Assembly (NCBI GenBank): GCA_002633005.1
Contig: NMRA01000009.1
Location: 2,053,366 to 2,117,365, forward strand
DNA length: 64,000 bases
From: Phoronis australis
Taxonomy: Eukaryota; Animalia; Phoronida
Direction: 5' to 3'
Below the pieces are notes generated by a model that did no database searches, was not told where the DNA came from, and worked only from the letters and a program-made list of their open reading frames with translations. How positions within the stretch are numbered: position 1 is the stretch's first letter; each line of letters opens with the position of its first letter. A program made the translations under genes and the position numbers. Positions 21,458 through 45,563 of this stretch are shown here, in pieces.

Positions 21458-24400
21458 GGCTCATATATAAATTGAAATCCTATCTTCCACTCCCAGCTCT
21501 CAAGTTAATATATAATCCATTTGTTCTCCCCATGACTACGACATTGCAACTAGGGGTTTTGTCAACATTAAGAAACTGCAGACATCCCAGAAGAGAATCT
21601 CGGATGTAGCTATAATGCTCACAGTCTGCCCATATGTAAGTAACTTCGCCTCCCTCTACTTCAAGACATCTTTAAAATCTCAACTGCAAAATTTTACTAC
21701 AAATTCCTCAATAATCAACTTCCTTTCTTGAGTAGACCCATGCAAAATAACAACCAGACACATTAAAATTCCTGCACACCTGAATCAAAGCTACTATTCC
21801 AACAATACATCCCAAAATTTTAATCCTCCCATCCAACAAAATGTCATCCAGAGCCTACATCAGATTTGAAATTCCTCACCTTGTAAACAACAACGAAATA
21901 CCAGTCTTTGCTCTAAATATAATAAAAACACTCCTTGCAAGCATTCTGCAACTTCTTAACCAATTTTATAATTAGCAACTACGACCCAATCTGTCACATT
22001 TCCAATTGCTTCATATGCAACAGTATCTAAAAACATGTTTTCCCAAAATTTCCTGAGCAGTGCCAGTTCACTTTTTGGTTCCTGGCGTGTCGGTCATTTC
22101 AGCGGTCATTTCAGCGCTAATTCACGTTGTTGTCATAAGTATATCTCATAACGTGATTTGAACATCCGATCGCGAACGGCGGAATGTGGTTATGTAATTG
22201 CAGTCCTCCAAAGACTTCAATTTGTGACTGGTCACGTGGTTTCATTCGTATTCTTTTGACAAGTTTCTATTCAAAAATTGAACATGCAGATTAAGATGGT
22301 CAGTATTAGGTTCACAATATTTGTGATGAAAGTAAAGTAAAAGTCAGTGGATAATCAGTCATACATGTAATTACCTGGATTTACCGAATGCCTGTTGGTG
22401 ACGTTATTACTCCAGAATTTACTATATCAATACATCATGAATTAAATAAAACATGAGACAAAAATAAAATACAGAGAATGAATTCAGATTTGTAGAACTG
22501 TTGTAACATTCGCAAACTACAGACTGTTGCATGAAAATGAAGACACCAGGAAAATTTACAAGTTGAAGTAGACATATATTTATATTAATCAGGATTTCTT
22601 GAGAGCTGATATAACAAGTTAACATTACACAGGGACAATAAATATAAATAACCATCAGCCATAGAATTAGGTCAAATTGACGTTATTTCAGATATCTTGG
22701 GTAAATTTCCATTGTTGTTGGCCGCAGCTACCTGGCAGTGTTAAGCCTTGTCTTTGCCCTATAACATAAAATGTAACGATTTAAACAACAACAAATAAGT
22801 GGAAACAGTGTTGGTTACCAAAGACATTACACCAAATAACACTGACACCTTACGGTGACTATATGAAGCACACTGACACCTTACGGTGACTATATGTAGC
22901 ACGCTGACACCTTACGGTGACTATATGTAGCACGCTGACACCTTACGGTGACTATATGAAGCACTTTCCAAATGCACTTAACATGCACAGATCAAAATGA
23001 CAGGACTAGCAAGTATAACGGCCAAACACGTAATTGAAAGCAAAAGCGACAAAACACAATATGGCAGGTAACTATGTTGAAAAGTAACCGACAAACCAAC
23101 ATTATGAAAATGACACCAATAACCTTGTCCAAAAATTACAAGTGTTGAAAGAAAAAAAATTATAAAATGCCTAACTTTGTCTATACACATGTTCAGCTTC
23201 CCTGTAGTAGTTACAGCTAAGTTGAACATTTGTCATTGAAGAGGCAGATGTTTTGCGGACACACAATTTATTTGGAAGTTGAAGGAATGTTTCAAAATAC
23301 CCAGCATGACCTTTCTGCTGTCCATATTGTAATGCTGGTCACAGTGCTACTATTAATACTGGTCACCTTAATTTACATTCTCATGTTACAGTTGTGGAAA
23401 GCCACTTTCACAATGAAGACACTTCCATATAAATTATTATGTACTTCTTTCAGATTACTAAAGTATATTATCCAACCTGATGGTTTTGTCCCCCTAATAC
23501 TACATGTACCATTAGTGCAGCCAATAAATTTTGCCAAAAGCTTGGCTACTTCCAACCAATCTTAGCTAGACAAAAAAAAAGAAAAAAAAAATGTTTGGCA
23601 TCAGCAAAAACGAGCAGAGATAAAGCACAGAGCATCCTCCATCAACAACATTTTTGTAATCTCTTCATCTAAGGGTGTTTTGCTTGGCCTTTGGTTTACA
23701 TTTTTGCAATCTCTTCATCTAAGGATGTTTTGTTTGGCTTTTGGTTCACATTTTTGTAATCTCTTCACATAAGGGTGTTTCCCTTGGCCTTTGATTTGTT
23801 GTATAATAATCAAACATTGCAATCATGAGCAGTCAAACAAAAGAAAGTTGTCTATTCGAAAGCATTGCAAATGTAAAAAAGTCACTGCTTGTGCTCGCAA
23901 CCGCACAAGAAACAACAAATAAAGTGCACACTATAAATATGAATCATGAAAATAATTCAAAGCAAAACAACTTAATAGTATAATTCAGAACTTCAATTCC
24001 AACTCTGCATCAAAGCAGTTGGAGACCGTACCTTCAGAATTTCCAATAACTGAAACATAACCATGCAGGACTATAGAAAACAACTCACAAACACCCCGTC
24101 AACAAACCCAGACTGAAGAAGCATGAGAGATCAGTCAATCAACGAGAGTTTTACCTTCAGCAATATCCTGCTAACTCCGCCCACACTATAACATTCACCA
24201 AAGCTTACAACAGACAATTAAAGTGGGGCACAAGTGTCTCCACTACCCAGCATTCATCACAGGAACAATTCCATGTAGAAAATATCAGCATTTCAACAGA
24301 ACACGCCATTTGTATTTTTACGCAATACAATCCTAGCATCGTTCAGTAGCATTGGGTAGTTCACGTTTTCAGTATCTTAATAGGTTGCAGAAAATATACA

Positions 24401-24855
24401 CTTTTTGAGTTATAAACTGAGTAAGAAAAAACAACATAATAGTCTTGCTGTGACTAAATGGGCATGAATATTAACACAAACTGAGACTAATAGTTATAAA
24501 GTAAGCAACGTACAAATATAAACAAGATTCACCCAAAAAGGATATAGTGTATCTGAGAGTTGGCACCTTTGTGAAACTGTAACTGTACCCAGAATTATGT
24601 GGATACGCTATATGTGAAATACTTGAGAAAAACTAAGATACAAATGTAAAAAAAATATCATGAGTAAGTCATTCACGTAACAGACACACACACGAGCCTA
24701 CAATTGAAGCTTAGTTGCAGGTATCCATGTCTGAAACACTTGAGTAAAAAATTTCTGAAAAAAATCCGATTTCGAAGCATGAATCTAAGTGGGTGTACAT
24801 GGGGTAAGAATCACATTATCACCGAAAACGATTCTGAGCAAATTCAAACTTTCCC
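21458..24855. repeat. Direct duplication, copy 2 (starts exactly at the gap)
   Basis: Colinear with 17299-20539. Confidence 0.95.
22839..22965. repeat. Minisatellite, 31-bp unit x4 (x2 in the other copy at ~18640-18703)
   Basis: CACTGACACCTTACGGTGACTATATG(A/T)AGCA. Confidence 0.9.
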
Positions 24856-24892
24856 CCAAAACCACCCAGTTAAGCATGGGGTGCAAGTCACC

Positions 24893-36111
<11,219 letters not shown>

Positions 36112-36160
36112 CCTCAGCTCCTAGATAGCAAATGCACTTAGGAAATTAATTGGCACATTA

Positions 36161-36859
36161 TCAAGGTACCTAAACTACACGGTCAACGGACTCAAAAACA
36201 CGGGAACGGACGCATGAACACGACTCACGGACCGGCAAACACCGTCCACTGACTCACAAACACAGGAACGGACTCACAAAACACGATCCACGCACCCAAA
36301 TACACGGGACACGGACTCATATTCACGAGGAAACACGGTTAACGGACCGCCAAACACGATCCACGCCGATAAAGCATGCCATAAACACGGGACACGGACT
36401 CATCGCCTTCCTAGGTCAGCCTCAAGATGGCGTTAATCTGCTTAGCGATCAGCGCTCTCTTGAGGCTTGCGGACGAGGATGTTACAAACAGGTTTGGAAA
36501 GTTAATAAATTTCAGAACGAATAATTAGTTTCAATAATGTTTATTGTTTCTAAATCACAACAATTACATCACAGTACAGACAAAAATAACATCAAAAATA
36601 TATTTAATCTCGCACCCATTACACAGCTGTCAACGCTGAAGTTGACATTTTGTCCGTTGACCGTGTTTGGCGGTCCGTTAACCGTGTTTCCTCGTGAATA
36701 TGAGTCCGTGTCCCGTGTATTTGGGTGCGTGGATCGTGTTTTGTGAGTCCGTTCCCGTGTTTTTGAGTCAGTGGACGGTGTTTGCCGGTCCGTGAGTCGT
36801 GTTCATGCGTCCGTTCCCGTGTTTTTGAGTCCGTTGACCGTGTAGTTTAGGTACCTTGA
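36161..36859. mobile_element. Foldback/MITE with ~200-bp near-perfect, internally repetitive TIRs in the SANBR 5' UTR intron
   Basis: TCAAGGTACCTAAACTACACGGTCAACGGAC ... GTCCGTTGACCGTGTAGTTTAGGTACCTTGA; ACACGG-NN-ACGGAC subrepeats. Confidence 0.9.
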
Positions 36860-37189
36860 ATTTGATTATCAGGTTGGCACATTACCCTGTCAGCACATTA
36901 CCTGGTCGACACATTTCCTGGAGGAAATTGCACACTCAAGTGCGACAATCATTCCTAACAGTATGCTTACAACAATTCAGCAATTTTCCAAGTTACGTAT
37001 TTTTGCCCATGGCAGTGCATCACCATCTCTAGACTCTAGACTCTACCTCTACCAGACCACTTCCAGCAGAGTCAGATACTGCTAGTTGAGACGGTGGCAG
37101 TCTACAGGCTACAACTAGCACGACAAAACAGAGTTCGGTCCTTTCAAGATAAGTACTTTCAGAAATTAAAAGAAATTTGCTGTCCTCAC

Positions 37190-37535
37190 CGTTTGTCGTC
37201 TGCAGCCGAGGAATTTAATTATTAACCAGTGGAAACTGAGATCGCAGCTTCGATTTCAAAAAGCATCGCGATCTCCAGGACATCGGATACGAGATCTCGC
37301 TTAATGCGAGATGTATTTTGCATGAATATCATGCACAACATTTTATCAACTTTCAACATTTTTAGATACCTAAAAAGTAATAAAATTACTTTTTTGTAAA
37401 AAAATATTTTTAACTAAAATTAGATATAAATGTTAAAATTTTCTTTTTGACTGTGTATTTTTAAAATAATTTTAAGAAATGTATTTGACAGGCATTCAAC
37501 CGGAAATTGGAAAAGGGTTCGCTCGGATTTCGAAA
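37190..37535. promoter_or_regulatory. Putative bidirectional promoter SANBR/CD2BP2, including a SANBR non-coding first exon
   Basis: Minus-strand donor G|gtgagg at 37189; CD2BP2 ATG at 37536; TCTCGC/GCGAGA half-sites at 37265-37313; AT-rich core; CCGGAA at 37501. Confidence 0.55.
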
Positions 37536-40500
37536 ATGTCGAAAAGAAAGGTCCAATTTGATGTTGACAGTGAACAGTTTGCTGAGGTTTGTGAAGTGAA
37601 ACACTGTTTATGTTTCATTTTTTTGCATCCAAACAATGTTCTTCCTGCCAAGGTTCAGTTGATCCACCGTCATACGTCCTAAATCACAGCCAGCTCGTGT
37701 CCAGTCTCCAGACTCCAGAGACAGGCGTCCTCAGCTTTTGTTGGTCCCCAATAGCCCAATACAGTTTTAGACTCCGGTGACCTAAAGTCGTGAAAATAAG
37801 CATATAAAGTAGCTGACTGTCATACTAGCCAATGTCCATTAGCAAATGCTCATGTGAATTCATGGACATTTATCAGCCTTCACAAATATACGTGTTTTTC
37901 CAGTCTTAACCCGTGTTTGTCTCCGTAATGGCGTAAGCAGAGATTTGAAACGGCCACTCGACTCATATCGCCGGCCATTTTGAATGAGGCCCTAAAGTCG
38001 TGACTGTTTCGTTTGGATGGAAATGCACGAAGTAAGGCCACTAAAATCAACTACAGTGCTTACAGTTACTCTAGACGACATAAAAACGCATTGCATTGTT
38101 TATTAATTCAGTTTCAATTGAAATAAATTGTTATGTGTTTTGCACCCAACTCCGATGTGCACAGATGTTTTCAATGAGGATGTTCACGTAAAACACTAAG
38201 AAGCCAGCATCAATTATCTCTGTATATTTTATTGCTTTGGCTTTACTAAACTTGATCGACCCTGGGAAATTTTGATACATTGTTCAAGCTACCCCTGAAC
38301 TCCCTGAAGCACGTGTTTGAGCAAATCTGAATGATGCATATTTTCGAAAATATATTCTGAAAATGCACGAAAAAGTAGATTAGTGAAATATGCTTTTTTA
38401 TTATACATTTGAAAAAAGAAGCCACTCCACTTTTTATTATCATATTGTGAATATTAACATGTCTGGGTACTCGTTTGACGTTCGTAAGGAGACGAACGCT
38501 GGAATTTCAACGCTAGATGTCGTGGGACCGCGCAGAAGAGGAAATAAGATGGTTCACGACTTTAGGACACTCATGAATTTAGGACCTCCGACAGTATAAT
38601 AGTACAAGGTATGACACTCTCGACAGGGAATTTCACCGGTGCTTCACTTCTGCCGTCCATGTTAAACACAAAACTCAATAAATTTACTTAAAACAGGGTT
38701 TCAACAAACCATTAGTAATTGTTCTTTCTTCTAATACCATTCAGTGATTCACGGTGTCCTGCTCCAGCGAGTTCGTAACAAATTCACGGTCAAAGCTCAG
38801 AAATGTTCCCAAAAAGCCCATGCATACGTCACTTTGACAATTTGAGGTCAAGGACGGTACGGAATTATCTGATGAGATACGAGTGGATGGCAATTGCCGG
38901 TTCGTAATGGAAGGTTATGAAATGGTCTGTCTAGTTGAGTTATCGATGTCGTGACTTTCCGTGACAAATGGCAATTTCCGTACTGTCCTTGACCTTAAAC
39001 CGTCGAAGTGCGACATACGCATGCGCTTTTTGGGAACATTTTGGGCAATTGTCTGACATAACGTACCTGTATTTTGAGAACCAGTTTGATTCCCGTTATT
39101 TAGTGGAGAAAATTGGTTCTTAAAATCCGGGCACGTTATATCAGACTATTACCCATTTTTGTGCTTTAACCGTGAATTTGTTGCGAATTCGCCGGAGCAG
39201 GACATCATGAATGATATTAGAAGAAAGAACAATTGCTAATGGTTTGTTGAAAGCCTGTTTTGTGTAAATCTATTGAGTTTTGTGTTTGACATGGACGGCC
39301 GAAGTGAACCAACTGTGGAATTCCTTGTTGAGAGTGTCATGGTCATAACTATTATAATATTGTATTGAGGACGATTGGAAGCTGAGGATGCCTGTGGTGT
39401 CCATCGGATTACGCGAAACAGGTTCTCAAAGTCAAATCGGTAGAATTTCACTTCACTGTACCAAGAGAATTTCACTGGCTTGAAGATGCATAAATCACTC
39501 GATCGGTAGCACTTCCTTTTTCATATATCAATATGTTAATTAGCTGATCTCGAATTACGAGCATTACTGAGTTGACTCGGGTGGCAGAATGGACTTCCAA
39601 TGGTCTCACCCTTGGGACCCCCACACCCTTGGGACCCCCACACCCTTGGGACCCCCACACCCTTGGGACCCCCATATATGTTCCAAAACGTTGCCTCATA
39701 GCCTGAAAGACTTCGTCATGAGAAATGTCCTCTCCCATTTCCCATAAAACCACTGAAAAATTGTAGTGCATCCCACTCATAACACATGTACGGTTCAAAA
39801 TAGCATAAATGTGTTATCAAGTGATTTATTTGCTCTTTATTTAATCGTTTTGAACTGTTTTTTAAAAAAATATTGCACTTAGTTTACTTAACTAAAAAGG
39901 TTTTTTTTAAACTCTGGACAGAGTGCTAATGAAGAAAAACAGAAGAGGTTCAAAGGCAAGCATTCATTGGACAGTGATGAAGAGGACCAGAATGACGATG
40001 AAGATGTGATGAATGAGGATGACATTGAAGGTGAGTAGTATTTGTTAAAGGGACTATAATCTCACATTCCATCACAACAGTGTAACCCCACATTCTGTCA
40101 GAACCGATTTTTGATTTAGACAACTCTGCATCCTGTTTTTTGATGATTCTTCTTGAAATTAGGTATATGTGTTTCTATAAAAGAAAGCATGGTTGATGCA
40201 TCAACTTTTGGATTGATGTGACTGGTGTGGCACCCTCTAGTGGCAAGTTGTCATTGGGTCAGCCTTCATATCTACCAAGTTCTGAAAGGATCTTCATGAA
40301 ATTTGACCTACAACATGTTCCCAATGAGGAGAGCCCACCTGAACATGTTGATTTTCAAATAGATCTGTCAATCTTGGACATTTTTGGAAAAATGTGTACC
40401 CGTTATATGTTTAGCACAAGTTTGCAATGCACGTGGTGGGTGTATATTAGTGCTCTCTGGTGTTCTTGTTCTTGTTCATATATAATTTCAGATGCGTAAT

Positions 40501-43500
40501 GGTGTAAGTAATTTTTAGTGTATTGAATTGTCTTTGAAGAGAATTTTTATATTCTTTTCCACGCGTACCATAACTTTTTGATGTGTTTCAACCAAGCTGT
40601 CTGCCTTTTACTGTACTTAAGCTCTGATTCTTGCTGCGCACACAGAGTCACGTCATCGGTCACGTGATGTGTGTTTAAAATTTCGCCTGTGATGGAAAAG
40701 GAATTTATGAGATTCCAAAACTCGGGACTTCATATGAAATTATGTGAAGTCAGGGATTAATTTGCATATTGCTACGTCGTTTTCAGGACAAGAAGAGGCA
40801 ACCATTGATAACGACGATGGTATTAAGATCACACCGTTTAACATGCGGGATGAGTTGGAGGAAGGTCATTTTGATAATCAGGGCATGTACATATTTGACA
40901 GGAAGAAGGTGAGTCTGTCCATTGATTAGTTACTATGGTGATAAGATGTGTGTACTCTACTTTATGCATTACACTGCCACGTGGCACTAATTAGGTCAAG
41001 TCAAAATCATGATCTTCAATGTAGAACTCACCGTATTAACCAAAAAAAAATGTAAAGGATTCCACTCCAAACATGAACCATTGATGGTGCTGCATAGGAG
41101 TTTTGACAGTTACAAAGACATACCATGAATCAGCTTGTAATTTTGTACCATTTAATTTGCAGGCACTGACAAAAGCACAACATTTTGATAGCATATACAG
41201 TAAAACTTGCATTAGTTAGACTAAGCTGGAGGTAGAGATTTTATCCGACTTATCTAAGTTGTTGATTGCATGAACAAGAACAGCTGTTGTCTGAGTTGAG
41301 CAAAAATCTGACTTATGCATTTTGTTCTGCATCCTCCTTGTCTGTGAAGCATAAAAAGGAGTTGTATCTTATGTTAGACCAATCGATCTCGTGTGTTGGG
41401 TGTGTCGACCTGTTGTCACATTTTCACAGCTTGCATTTTGAACATTTAGTGACTCAAAAATCCATCCAGGAAAATTCACAATCAGTTCAAAGCCAGAAGT
41501 AATGTCTTACAAACGAGGTTGGTATTGAGGAGATTCCTTTTGCCGTTTTAAAACTTATGGCCTCTTGTGTACTAAATATAATTTACTTGTTGATTGAAGG
41601 AAATCCAAGACAACTGGATGGACAACCTTGACTGGGTGAAAATAAAACAGAATGTTCCGCAGCAGTATCAGGAGCCGGACAGTAGCGACAGTGAAGATGA
41701 AGGCTTACAACCCCAGGAGAAAATCAGCATGTATCGCCAAATGATCGAAATAATGAAACCCGGGGAAACAGTCAACAAGGCTCTGAGACGTCTTGGCGGT
41801 AAAAAGAGCAATGCCTCGGCTAGTCAACGATGGAAGAAAAAGAAGCCCAGTGATAAGACAGAGGCTGAAGGGGACCCAAAAGACAAAGAGAACATGTTGA
41901 AACTGACTGGGTTCGCTGACCAGCTGCTTGGCTCTGGCAACCTAGAAGTGTACCAGGACACATTTGAAAAGTTGAGTTTTCTTGTGAAACAGGAGGATGA
42001 TAAGAAATTAAAAATTCCGGACAATGTGGATGATGACGATGCACTGGACATGTTTGCCGATGATCTCGATGAGAAATCTGGAGGTTCAGTTAAAGCACAG
42101 TCCAGCCACCAGGAGTCAGGTTAGTTGTGCCATTTGTGTTGTTGTGTGTTTGATACTCAATTGCACAACCTAATGCATTAGGAATTGACGAGTTTCACTT
42201 TGTCATAGATTGTGAACGTTCACCTCCCTTAACTTGTTGCCCTCGGGACCATGTTGATGATTGATGCACAAGTATGGGCATGTCATGGGCACCGAAGGGA
42301 TTGTGGTGACTTATGCAGACTGAAAAGTTATAGGATGACAAGTTCAGCGAGGTCACACATATGGTTTTTGGAAGTACATTCCGTCTGACTGTCTGGAAAT
42401 GAGTTTCTAATTCTTAGTAGACCAGTAGCAGACTGTGCTGTCGACTGCAGTACTGACTTTGATGCAAATTCTTGCTGGTGACCCTTGCCATTTGCAGATT
42501 CGATTTTATAAGGGTGGACTGTCATTGTTAGTACAACATCTTGTCCACATGACTCTCGTTTTCAATTAATATATTTATCCACACAACTCGGTTTTCATAT
42601 GGTTTTCTGTCAAAACGAATATACTTAATGTGACCGAACACGCAATTTTTCTGAGCATTTTTCAAAAAGTTCTCAGTCCACACAGTTCCGTTTTCATATA
42701 ATTTTAGAATGTTTATCACCCATACAAATATGCCATAATATGATGAATGTGACCTCAGAGTTTTTACACAGTTCCCTATACAGATGAATGTGGTGAATAT
42801 TGGGTTTGAAGAAATCTACTCTGGAGATGGTTTTTGAATTACAATCTTGGTTGTCGATTGTAGGAATGCATGATTGTAATCTGAATAGGTCGACTGCTTG
42901 TGCTCTTCCGAATAATTGGTTCTTGGTATTTGCTATACACACCAAAAATAATCAGAAGAGATGACACGGAATCCAGTGGTGTGATGACGGGGTGAAGGAC
43001 GACAACAGAGTGCACCATCAGAATTAGCTGGAATAATGAGTCACGTCAGGTCATCACAAATTTGTCATGACGAAAAATTTAATTTTGTCTGCTTACTTCA
43101 GGATCGTCCATTGTATTTAGTGAAGAAATAATTTATTATACAAGTACAGACCAGTTTCGAGGTTGATGTTGGATCATGGGAGTTACCTGAAAGAGAGCTA
43201 GGGCAACGCTGCTTTCCTGATATCCATATGACCTCATATGCACAAAGAATCAATCTATGGTTATTTGTTTTATTATACAATCACTAGTGCTCATTTCCTG
43301 CGATTTTTCATCTCTTGAATAAAATTTTATCTGCTTTGCTGTACTACTATCATTGTCTGCTCACTGTGTTTATAATCGGGGTTTATGGTCTCTACAGGGT
43401 GTAGTTGGTCAGATCATGAAAAGCGACATCTGACGTCTGGCCAACATTACTTAATATTCCATGGTGGTTCTGCATTTCAGCCCATTGTAAGACGAGTGGT

Positions 43501-44674
43501 CTTGTGGTATTAGCTCAATGACCATCTGCGATATATTCCTGCTTTAAGTCATTTTCAAAAGAACTGGCAGAAATGAAGATCATTGTTTTTGAAGCTTAAT
43601 CTGTTCTAGCATACACTAGTTGTAGAGAAATAATACTTTCAATACGTTTGCCATGAATGCATTTCTTATCATTTCTTATCCATGTGAATGAATCAAAGTT
43701 AGATGTGCAGAAAAAGTCACCGTCGCAGTTATTCCATACTGTCAGAAGTGTTCTCTGTCACTTGTCTTAGTCATCACTAGCGGTCTCTTTTATCAGAAAC
43801 GTTAATAAGATCAGAGAATGTGAGCTTTTTTAGGGTTGTGTGCAGTTATCTCTGTACAGACCTGTGGTTAAGCTGAGGCAATCTGTTCACAGCCAGTCTT
43901 TTATTAGAGCTGTGTCAGCTGAGCGTTTGCACTTAGTATCATCCCCTGGACATATTAATGCAGGACCTCTAAGAAGTTGAAACATTGTTACAATAATTTA
44001 TGAAATACAAGGATGTTGGCTTCACTTGGCGTGGAATATCACTTTTCATTCATGTCATTCGGACGTCAGATGTTGCTAATCGTCATCTGACAAACTGGAT
44101 GCTTTCAGACAACTTCAGTTCATTAAGAACAAGGTAATCTTATAAGAGATGAAAAATCAGAGGAAGGAGGCATGAGGGTACATTGACCTATCCCTCGGGA
44201 TTATCGGGACAAATAGACCTAATGTCACTCTTGTGATGGATCTATTTTTGTTTGTTCTGTGATATTGAGGACATTCTCTTGCCTTTTAATTCTATAACAT
44301 CAAGTGACGATCATCACCCTGATCAGGGTTATATGGGAGGATCATTCTGTAATAGATTGAATTTGCAATGGATTAGTGGACTGTGTAAGGATGCATTAGT
44401 GGACTGTGTAAGGAGTCGTTAGTGGACTGTGTAAGGATGCATTAGTTTTTATCTGCCTGTTCTTGTAGATTCTCATCTGGATAGCTCTGAGGTGATGTGG
44501 GTATATAAACTGGAGGAAACAGAGGATGCTGAACTTCACGGGCCATACAGTAGCGCAGAGATGCTGAAGTGGGTGGAAGAAAACAAATTTGACAAGCCCG
44601 TGTTTTGTAGGAAGGCAGACAGCGATGGGCAGTTTTATAACTCCAACAGAGTAGACTTTGACTTGTATGTGTAG
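37536..44674 (+). CDS. CD2BP2: CD2 antigen cytoplasmic tail-binding protein 2 (U5-52K / Lin1), 5 coding exons
   Basis: Exons 37536-37586, 39922-40030, 40787-40908, 41600-42119, 44469-44674, phase-compatible. [53 protein letters not shown]-terminal GYF domain ending [13 protein letters not shown]. Confidence 0.95.
37771..38596. mobile_element. Probable non-autonomous TIR element in CD2BP2 intron 1
   Basis: CCTAAAGTCGTGA at 37781 and 37991; reverse complement TCACGACTTTAGG at 38554. Confidence 0.45.
38611..39340. mobile_element. Foldback element with ~250-bp imperfect TIRs; right arm interrupted by a nested MITE
   Basis: ATGACACTCTCGACAGGGAATT... / ...AATTCCTTGTTGAGAGTGTCAT; arm 38611-38866 pairs with 38973-39042 plus 39155-39340. 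Confidence 0.85.
39043..39154. mobile_element. 112-bp palindromic MITE with apparent ATTTT TSD; second copy at ~50770-50884
   Basis: GGGCAATTGTCTGACATAACGT ... ACGTTATATCAGACTATTACCC. Confidence 0.7.
39607..39673. repeat. Minisatellite, 17-bp unit x4
   Basis: ACCCTTGGGACCCCCAC. Confidence 0.9.
41600..42119 (+). CDS. CD2BP2: CD2BP2 exon 4
   Basis: [12 protein letters not shown]...[14 protein letters not shown]...[24 protein letters not shown]. Confidence 0.95.
43397..44103. mobile_element. Old TIR element (degenerate)
   Basis: TTGGTCAGATCATGAAAAGCGACATCTGACGTC versus GACGTCAGATGTTGCTAATCGTCATCTGACAAA. Confidence 0.45.
44469..44674 (+). CDS. CD2BP2: CD2BP2 terminal exon, GYF domain
   Basis: [33 protein letters not shown]...[13 protein letters not shown]-stop. 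Confidence 0.95.
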
Positions 44675-44691
44675 AGCTGTGGAAAATGAGA

Positions 44692-44984
44692 TTTTGTAGA
44701 TCATGGACAATGTGAATCCAAGAGATCACTGTTGTGGCCTTTTGTAGATCATGGACAAGGTGAATCCAAGAGGTCACTGTTGTGGCCTTTTGTAGATCAT
44801 GGACAATGTGAATCCAAGAGATCACTGTTGTGGCCTTTTGTAGATCATGGACAAGGTGAATCCAAGAGATCACTGTTGTGGCCTTTTGTAGATCATGGAC
44901 AAGGTGAATCCAAGAGATCACTGTTGTGGCCTTTTGTAGATCATGGACAAGGTGAATCCAAGAGATCACTGTTGTGGCCTTTTG
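44692..44984. repeat. 48-bp tandem repeat x6 at the start of the CD2BP2 3' UTR
   Basis: TTTTGTAGATCATGGACAAGGTGAATCCAAGAGATCACTGTTGTGGCC. Confidence 0.95.
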
Positions 44985-45518
44985 TGTACAAAGGAAAGAC
45001 CTTCACGTTAAGAAAGTTACATTCATGTACATACCAAAGCATAACTAGGGGCATGCTCCACATCACTTGTGCAACTTCTGGGACGAAAAATCTTTAACAA
45101 CAGAGATAGTGCGTTTTGGTAACTTTCTCCCATAATCTTGTTAACTTGTCATGATTCAGTGGGGGTCATTAGTAATGTTTACGTCATAAGCGTTCTTGCG
45201 AAACAGTAACCTTTTATTGGCATGATCTTGCACAATCTCACCTTACAGAACTCACCCCAGGCCCATCTATATAACCTGTTGTTCCATCACTCCTCAAGTC
45301 TACTTCGCGAGGTATGAAATAATGCACTCGTTTTCAATACGGATGTTGCAGAAGATTTCCGGTCATTTTGAGAAATGCAAGATTGTATTTTTTATGGAAG
45401 GTAAATGCATTTCTTGGGATATGCACTTTTGTGCACTCATATCCTTGTAGGCAAACATTTTGTAATGTGTGTTTGTTTAACAAATTGTGTAGGTTGCAGA
45501 CAAAACAATGTCCTTTTT

Positions 45519-45563
45519 AATAAATAAAAGTTTATTGTACATGTTGACATGTATAAAAATAAA
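45519..45563. terminator. Cluster of opposing polyadenylation signals (CD2BP2 plus, TCTN2 minus)
   Basis: AATAAA at 45519, 45523 and 45558; TTTATT at 45531. Confidence 0.45.

Noticed and set aside
20388-21609. Long ORFs of 331-378 aa
   Set aside because: Artefacts of translating the N gap.
44442-45097. Repetitive ORFs (WPFVDHGQ.. and ISWIHLVH..)
   Set aside because: Translations of the 48-bp tandem repeat.
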